This document shows positions 58,337 through 64,000 of a DNA stretch of 64,000 nt, one piece after another. Both the position numbers and the translations under genes were made by a program. The notes beneath the pieces were generated by a model, which saw only the letters and a program-made list of their open reading frames with translations, was not told where the DNA came from and ran no database searches. The stretch spans positions 12,204-76,203 of the forward strand of contig JARRKC010000020.1 of assembly GCA_037388505.1 (NCBI GenBank), read 5' to 3'. How positions within the stretch are numbered: the stretch's first letter is position 1; every line of letters starts with the position of its first letter. The stretch is from Acidobacteriota bacterium. Its GTDB lineage: Bacteria; Acidobacteriota; UBA6911; RPQK01; JAPXNP01.

Positions 58337-59959
58337 TTAAGCTGAACTCGGAACCTGAGCCTTGGAACCGGGAACCCCCGAAACACCGTTCTTCCGAAAG
58401 ATCAGCTCATAGAGGAGGCTGTCGGTGATGGCATACCAGCTGGCCTCGATGACATTCGTCGAGACTCCGACCGTCGTCCAGGTCTCCCGGCCGTCCGTCG
58501 ATTCGATCAGCACCCGGACCTTCGCGGCCGTCCCTTCTTTGGCATCCAGGACGCGAACCTTGTAGTCGGTCAGGTGAATCTTCTCGATCTGTGGAAAGAA
58601 CCGGGCCAGAGCCTTCTTGGTTGCCCGGTCCAAAGCGTGGACCGGACCGTTACCGTCCGAGGCCGTGTGTTCGCGCTCGTCTCCGACCTCGATCTTGACC
58701 GTCGCCTCGCTCAGAAATGCGCCCTGGACATCCTGGTCTACGATTACGCGGAAACCACGAACATCGAAGGGAGGCCGCATCGCGCCGCCGACGTGCCGGT
58801 TGACCAGCAGCTTCAGACTCGCCTCTGCTCCCTCGAACTGATAACCCTCGTATTCCAGATTCTTGATCTCCTGGACCAGCGCGCTCAAATCGAGGTTCTC
58901 GAGGTCGATATCCCCGAACTCTCGGATCTTGTACAACAGGTTGCTCTTTCCGGAGAGATCCGAGACCAGTACCCTGCGCCGGTTGCCCACCGCCTCCGGC
59001 TCGACGTGCTCATAGGTCTTGGAATCTTTGAGAATCGCACTGACGTGGATCCCCCCCTTGTGAGCGAACGCGCTCTTGCCGACATAGGGCTGGTTGTTGG
59101 GCATGGCGACATTGGCTGTCTCACTGATGAACAGCGAAAGGGTGCTCAGTTCATGAAGCTTGTCTTCGCCGACGGCCCGGCATCCCATCTTCAGATCGAG
59201 GTTCGGAATGATGGAGGTCAAGTTGGCGTTCCCGACGCGTTCCCCGTACCCGTTCATGCACCCCTGCACCATGCCGGCCCCGGCCTCGACCGCCACCAGC
59301 GTATTGGCCACCGCGAGCTCACTGTCATTGTGGGTGTGAATGCCGATTCGATCGAACCGGCGGCAAAACCGCTCGGTTGCACTGGCGACCGCCGACGGCA
59401 GGCTCCCGCCGTTGGTGTCGCAGAGGACCAACCAGTCGGCTCCAGCCTCTGCCGCCGCCGTCAGAACCTGCTCGGCGTACTTCGGATTGGCCCGGCAACC
59501 GTCGAAGAAGTGTTCAGCGTCGAAGACCACCTCCTTGCCATGGCTTTTCAGATACTCGACGCTTTCACGAATGAGTCGAAGATTCTCGTCCAACTCGATC
59601 CCCAGCGCCTCGCGAACATGGAAGTCCCAGCTCTTGCCCACAACCGTTACCGTAGGCGTCTCGGCATCCAGCAAGGCCTTCAGGTTGGGATCCCGATCGA
59701 CCGGATACTTCCAGTGGCGGGTGCTGCCGAAAGCCGCGATCCGGCTTCGCTTCCACGACATCCGGGCGGCCCGGTCGAAGAACTCGGCGTCTTTTGGATT
59801 GGATCCCGGCCAGCCACCTTCGATGTAGTGCACGCCGAACTCATCGAGTCTCTCGGCAATCCTGAGTTTGTCCGGAACGCTGAGTGAGATGTTCTCGCCC
59901 TGGGTGCCGTCACGCAGCGTACAGTCGTAGATCAGAACCTGTCTCTTCTCCATGTCCAT
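58337..59959 (-). CDS. cimA: (R)-citramalate synthase (LeuA/CimA family, long CimA type)
   Basis: IYDCTLRDGTQGENISLSVPDKLRIAERLDEFGVHYIEGGWPGSNPKDAEFF matches the CimA-clade N-terminus. Start at 59959 or 59953. Confidence 0.8.
   Translation of the reverse strand: MDMEKRQVLIYDCTLRDGTQGENISLSVPDKLRIAERLDEFGVHYIEGGWPGSNPKDAEFFDRAARMSWKRSRIAAFGSTRHWKYPVDRDPNLKALLDAETPTVTVVGKSWDFHVREALGIELDENLRLIRESVEYLKSHGKEVVFDAEHFFDGCRANPKYAEQVLTAAAEAGADWLVLCDTNGGSLPSAVASATERFCRRFDRIGIHTHNDSELAVANTLVAVEAGAGMVQGCMNGYGERVGNANLTSIIPNLDLKMGCRAVGEDKLHELSTLSLFISETANVAMPNNQPYVGKSAFAHKGGIHVSAILKDSKTYEHVEPEAVGNRRRVLVSDLSGKSNLLYKIREFGDIDLENLDLSALVQEIKNLEYEGYQFEGAEASLKLLVNRHVGGAMRPPFDVRGFRVIVDQDVQGAFLSEATVKIEVGDEREHTASDGNGPVHALDRATKKALARFFPQIEKIHLTDYKVRVLDAKEGTAAKVRVLIESTDGRETWTTVGVSTNVIEASWYAITDSLLYELIFRKNGVSGVPGSKAQVPSSA
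58349..58383. repeat. tandem heptamer repeat (cggaacc tgagcct tggaacc gggaacc cccgaaa)
   Basis: Five 7-nt units read directly. They overlap the last roughly 15 codons of cimA. Confidence 0.5.
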
Positions 59960-60359
59960 GTCACACCCATCCTCTCGATAGCGACGTCTTCTCTCCGGCA
60001 CCGGAGCCTCTGTGACCGCACACCAATACCCGCCTGGATTTCTGATTTCCGGGTTACTGGGGCGGACGGTCGGGAGGGCTCTGGAGTGCCTTCCCCTCCG
60101 CTAGAACCCGGCGGAAGGAATGTTAATGCTAATGCCGATAATCTGACCCGCGATCAAGGACACTCCGACGCTCGTCCGCTGCGGCCGTGTCCGCAACGCT
60201 TCCGGTCGGAGGTGGAATTCTCGTCGGGTCATGTTGATGTAAGAGCTTAGGCGGTTCGGCCGGTGAAGTCAAGGCGGCTCCGCGTGACCCACGGGAGGGC
60301 CGCCGCTCGGGACAGGTTGCCATGCACCCGTTCCCCAATTCGATTATCATGCTGAGTCA

Positions 60360-62834
60360 ATGCTTTCCCAGGTGAGCGCGCTCCGCAGCACTTACGAATC
60401 GGAACGAAAGCGGCTCGATGAGACTTTTCTGTACCACGGCGATGTGGATCGCTACCTTGACGAGCACAGCGACCTCGTCGACGAAATCATTCGAGCTCTG
60501 TATGAGCCGCTCCTCGGTCAACACGAGATCTGCGTCCTCGCGACCGCCGGCTACGGACGCAGGGAACAGTTCCCGCAATCGGACGTGGATCTGCTGGTCG
60601 TGCACGACTTCCAGGATGATTCCCGGGCCGAGCAGATCATCGCTCCCTTCCTGAATAACCTCTGGGACACCCGTCTCGCCCTGGGCCATCAGGTCTGGCG
60701 CCTCGATCAACTGGAGCGCCTGACCCTCGACGACTTCGAGTTCATTCTCGCGCTGTTCAACGGTCGCGTCGTCACCGGCAGTCAAGTCATGGGGAAAGAA
60801 GTGCTGGAGCGCATCCTGCCGGCTTTCATCGAAGCCCACCGCGACCAGCTCGTCGAGCAAGTCGTGGCCGCCACCCGCCGGCGGCATGAGAAGTTCAGCA
60901 ACACGATCTATCAACTCGAACCTGACCTGAAAGAGGCCCCGGGGGGGCTGAGGGATCACCTGGCGGCGAGTTGGCTCGAACGCCTCGTCGGTTCACCGCC
61001 TTTCCTGCTCTACTCCGGATCGGAGATCGGCGTTGCTCACCGTTTTCTCAAACGCCTCAGAATCCTCGTCCATCTCCAGAATCAACGTCCCGACAACCGC
61101 CTGACCCATTCGATTCAGGAACAGCTCCTGCCTCATCTTGGCTATGGAGGCATGAAGATCCAGGCGGGCGTCGAATCGCTCATGAAGGAGTACTTTCTGA
61201 ATGCGCGAGTGATTTCGGGACTTTGTTCCGCACTGCTGCGCCTCGCTCAGCCGTCTGCCAGCGAACGTCCACTCGAACCGGACGAACTGCCGCCGTTCGA
61301 TTCCATCTCCGAGGTACTGGAAGCATTCCGCATTTCCCTGGATGAAGAACGGCCGCTGTCACCGGCCACTCGCCGTGCCGTTTTGAAGAGCCTGCCGAAG
61401 GTATCGGAATCGATCTCGTTCCCGGCTCTGCGTGACCCGTTGAAAGATCTCTTCCGTCCGAGATCAGGGCTCTACCGCGTGCTCTCCGACTTCTACGAAC
61501 TGGGCGTTCTCGAGCTTCTGTTTCCGGAATTCGGCACGATCAAGGCAAGAGTGATCCGGGACTTCTATCACAAATACACGGTCGATGAGCACACTCTGAT
61601 CGCCATCAAGTGCATCGAAGATCTGGCAGGTACTCAGGAGACGGCCGATGCCCGTTTTGGCACGATCCTCCGTGATACGGTTGCACCCTGCCATTTGACC
61701 CTTTCCCTGCTTTTGCACGATGTGGGAAAGAGCCGTGGCGGCAAACACACGGACGCCAGCGCCCGAATGGCGCGGCGCGCCCTGCGGCGCTTTCGTTTCG
61801 ACCGCGAAGAGGTCGAAACCATCGTCTTCCTCATCCGAGAGCATCTGTCCATGTCGGCCGTCATCTTCCGGCGGGATATCGATGACGACCAAGTCATCAG
61901 CCGATTCGCGGATCTGGTCGGGGATCCCGAGAGACTGCGCCTGCTGACCCTGCTGACCTATGCCGACATCAAAGCCGTCGCGCCGGGGACTTTGAACGAC
62001 TGGAAGAAGGACCTGCTCTGGCAGCTCTATCTCGAGACTTACCGGAAGCTGACGCTCGAATATGGGGAGAAGAGGATCGAGGAGGAGGACATCGGCGAGC
62101 GTCTGGTTCGCGGTCTCGAACCGGACCTCGATCCACTCGAGTTCGAACGCTTCCTGGAAGGCTTTCCCACTCGTTATCTGCGCCAGACGGCTGCCGGAGA
62201 GATTTACGAGCACTTTCGCATGTCCACCCGGATCAGTCCCTCGAACCCTGTGGAAAGCGTGCTGCAGAGGCGGCGCGGCTACTACGAGCTCTGCGTCACG
62301 ACTCCCGATCGCAAGCGCCTCTTCGCTAAGATCGTCGGACTCTTGTCCTATTTCGAAACGAACATCCTGCGAGGGTTTGCGTTTGCCAATCGTCAGCAGA
62401 CGATTCTCGACATCTTTCAGTTCTCGGATGAACGGCGCTTTTTCCGGCAGGCCGAAGAGCGGAGGCGATTCCGGGACCTGCTCCGCCAGGCGGTGGCCGA
62501 GCAGATCTCGATCGAACAGCTTCTGCGGGGCAAGGAGGAGAGCATCCTCTTCCAGCGAACGACCCCTCTGTTCGAACCGACGGTCTATGTGGAAGACGAA
62601 CACTCGGATCGCTATACGATCCTGGAAATCATCGCGCCGGACGCTTTGGGTCTCCTCTACCGGATCAGCAGTCAGATCGCCTCGCTGGAATGTGATATCG
62701 ATCTGGCGCTGATTTCCACCGAAGGCGATAAGGCCGTCGATGTCTTTTATTTGCGCCAGCGCGGCGGTAAACTGTCGGCAGAATTGAAGGAAAGTCTCAA
62801 GGACCGCATCGTAGGGGCGATCACCCAGCACTGA
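60360..62834 (+). CDS. glnD: [protein-PII] uridylyltransferase / uridylyl-removing enzyme
   Basis: Nucleotidyltransferase core (GYGRREQFPQSDVDLLV), HD domain (LLLHDVGK) and two C-terminal ACT-like segments. It is followed directly by a P-II gene. Confidence 0.92.
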   Translation: MLSQVSALRSTYESERKRLDETFLYHGDVDRYLDEHSDLVDEIIRALYEPLLGQHEICVLATAGYGRREQFPQSDVDLLVVHDFQDDSRAEQIIAPFLNNLWDTRLALGHQVWRLDQLERLTLDDFEFILALFNGRVVTGSQVMGKEVLERILPAFIEAHRDQLVEQVVAATRRRHEKFSNTIYQLEPDLKEAPGGLRDHLAASWLERLVGSPPFLLYSGSEIGVAHRFLKRLRILVHLQNQRPDNRLTHSIQEQLLPHLGYGGMKIQAGVESLMKEYFLNARVISGLCSALLRLAQPSASERPLEPDELPPFDSISEVLEAFRISLDEERPLSPATRRAVLKSLPKVSESISFPALRDPLKDLFRPRSGLYRVLSDFYELGVLELLFPEFGTIKARVIRDFYHKYTVDEHTLIAIKCIEDLAGTQETADARFGTILRDTVAPCHLTLSLLLHDVGKSRGGKHTDASARMARRALRRFRFDREEVETIVFLIREHLSMSAVIFRRDIDDDQVISRFADLVGDPERLRLLTLLTYADIKAVAPGTLNDWKKDLLWQLYLETYRKLTLEYGEKRIEEEDIGERLVRGLEPDLDPLEFERFLEGFPTRYLRQTAAGEIYEHFRMSTRISPSNPVESVLQRRRGYYELCVTTPDRKRLFAKIVGLLSYFETNILRGFAFANRQQTILDIFQFSDERRFFRQAEERRRFRDLLRQAVAEQISIEQLLRGKEESILFQRTTPLFEPTVYVEDEHSDRYTILEIIAPDALGLLYRISSQIASLECDIDLALISTEGDKAVDVFYLRQRGGKLSAELKESLKDRIVGAITQH

Positions 62835-62848
62835 ATTGGATGTACACG

Positions 62849-63181
62849 ATGAAACTCGTCATGGCGATCGTTCGTCCCAGCAAATCCGAAGACGTCAAGG
62901 ATGCCCTGGCCAAACAGAGCATTTCCGGATTGACGGTGACGGAGGTGAGGGGACACGGCAGACAGAAGGGGCACACGGCCATCTATCGCGGCAAGGAGTA
63001 CAGCGTCAGCCTCCTGCCCAAGATCAAGATCGAGCTGGTCGTACCCGACGACATGGTGGACGACGTCATTTGGACGATCATGCAGACCTGCCGCACGGGC
63101 GAAATTGGAGACGGCCGGGTCTTCGTCCTGCCGGTTGAACAGGGCTACAACATTCGGACCGGGGAGAGAGACGTCCTCTGA
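62849..63181 (+). CDS. glnB: nitrogen regulatory protein P-II
   Basis: MKLVMAIVRP..., a T-loop GRQKGHTAIYRGKEY carrying the Tyr51 equivalent, and TGEIGDGRVFV. Confidence 0.93.
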   Translation: MKLVMAIVRPSKSEDVKDALAKQSISGLTVTEVRGHGRQKGHTAIYRGKEYSVSLLPKIKIELVVPDDMVDDVIWTIMQTCRTGEIGDGRVFVLPVEQGYNIRTGERDVL

Positions 63182-63208
63182 CTTGGTTGCCCGCGACTGC
63201 TGGGGAAA

Positions 63209-63524
63209 GGGAGACAGGAGACCGGAGACAGGAGACAGCGTCCCGCCCCCGGTTGCGGGAGGTGAAAGCCGGGAACTCCAGGATCACCGGGGAGTGAGAC
63301 GCCAACGGCGTCGTTTCATCCGCGAGCTTTGGGCAGTCGCCCAAAGCCGAATACCGACCGAAGGACGCTCCAAGCGCTGAAGGCGCGACTCATCCGCTCT
63401 GCGACGCCCACCTGGCCCCCTTCGTTCAACGGGTCGAACAAGCCGGAGTCGTCAATCGAGTCAGGAATGTCAGGCCGGTCTGGACAGGCTTTAACTGTCT
63501 CCTGTCTCCGGTCTCCTGTCTCCC
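63209..63524. repeat. inverted-repeat element E2: perfect 30-nt arms made of 4 heptamers (ggagaca-type), 256-nt interior
   Basis: gggagacaggagaccggagacaggagacag (63209-63238) is the exact reverse complement of 63495-63524. The element fills the convergent intergenic gap. Confidence 0.85.
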
Positions 63525-63528
63525 GAGT

Positions 63529-63741
63529 TCAGTACTGCTTCTTGTAGTGTCCTTCTTTGAGCGGCGCGCGTTCGATCCATCCGGTGCCCTTCTTGCCCCG
63601 CTCCAGGATCTTCCTGATTATCGAAAGCGGCAGCAGCAGCAGATAAAAGAGCAGCGTCAGAAGGATCGTAGTGTTGATCCGGCCCAGGACTTTGCCCACC
63701 GCCAGAAGCACCGTCCGCACTGCGTGCCAGATCTTCTTCAT
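63529..63741 (-). CDS. small membrane protein (SxtJ-like, carbamoyltransferase-associated)
   Basis: MKKIWHAVRTVLLAVGKVLGRINTTILLTLLFYLLLLPLS. Its ATG overlaps the upstream stop as ATGA, a translational-coupling signature. Confidence 0.55.
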   Translation of the reverse strand: MKKIWHAVRTVLLAVGKVLGRINTTILLTLLFYLLLLPLSIIRKILERGKKGTGWIERAPLKEGHYKKQY

Positions 63742-64000
63742 TCGCGGGCACCTCGATCCCTGGTCTGCACACCACCGACACCCGCTATCTCCAGACCTGA
63801 GGGCTGCTTCTCTTTCTCGAGCAGAAAGTCCCCGATCACCAGGAGATCCAGTCCCGTCCGCATGAAGCATTGATAAGCCTGTTCGGGAGACTCGATGATC
63901 GGTTCTCCCCGGACATTGAAACTCGTATTGAGCAGCACCGGACAGCCCGTTCGACTGCCAAAGCCGCGGAGAAGACGGTAGAAACGCGCATTGTCGTCCG
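63738..64000 (-). CDS. carbamoyltransferase (NodU/CmcH family), C-terminal part, continues beyond the window
   Basis: LNTSFNVRGEPIIESPEQAYQCF...DLLVIGDFLL is the conserved C-terminal block. The frame is open to nt 64000. Confidence 0.8.
   Translation of the reverse strand, partial: DDNARFYRLLRGFGSRTGCPVLLNTSFNVRGEPIIESPEQAYQCFMRTGLDLLVIGDFLLEKEKQPSGLEIAGVGGVQTRDRGARE

Noticed and set aside
63209-63524. MITE or IS interpretation of the inverted-repeat elements
   Set aside because: Neither element has flanking target-site duplications. The two elements have unrelated arm sequences, and there is no transposase in 64 kb. This is not excluded genome-wide, so it is listed as a refutation route.

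Overview
GC-rich chromosomal segment from a diderm bacterium. Gene content (Tol-Pal, TPR Ser/Thr kinase, FG-GAP/DNRLRE/NHL secreted proteins, fused cytochrome b/c) suggests Acidobacteriota or similar, by inference only. Most of the window is ordinary housekeeping: glnE-glnA, miaB, recN, tolQRAB-pal-cpoB, ssb, an HtrA-like protease, rimI-tsaB, mutS, an ArnT-like glycosyltransferase, an alanine/glycine symporter, xdhC, tsaC, trmH-family, rarA, an M50/CBS protease, a 2-hydroxyacid dehydrogenase, a Rieske/cytochrome b-c operon, a Ser/Thr kinase, cimA and glnD-glnB. I found no tRNA, rRNA, CRISPR array, transposase, integrase or recognisable defence or toxin system, and I cannot point to a clear-cut novel multi-gene system. 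The unusual content is of three kinds. (1) Non-coding repeat architecture: two related 88/89-bp tandem arrays; two roughly 320-340 bp elements closed by 30-nt inverted arms that are themselves 4 tandem heptamers (one pair perfect); heptamer repeats abutting or overlapping the 3' ends of several minus-strand genes; a REP-like hairpin cluster; and a 26-27 bp tandem repeat. (2) Three large secreted proteins share a repeated uncharacterised beta-sandwich-like module, one of them a 1576-aa protein with about 27 internalin-type LRRs. (3) Gene lesions: a 1-nt frameshift splits a roughly 990-aa secreted repeat protein, an in-frame TAG sits one codon before the HCX5R loop of a Cys-phosphatase, and an MBL-fold lipoprotein lacks the HxHxDH motif. 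All family assignments come from motifs read in the supplied translations; no database search was run. Coordinates follow the ORF track, which includes stop codons.
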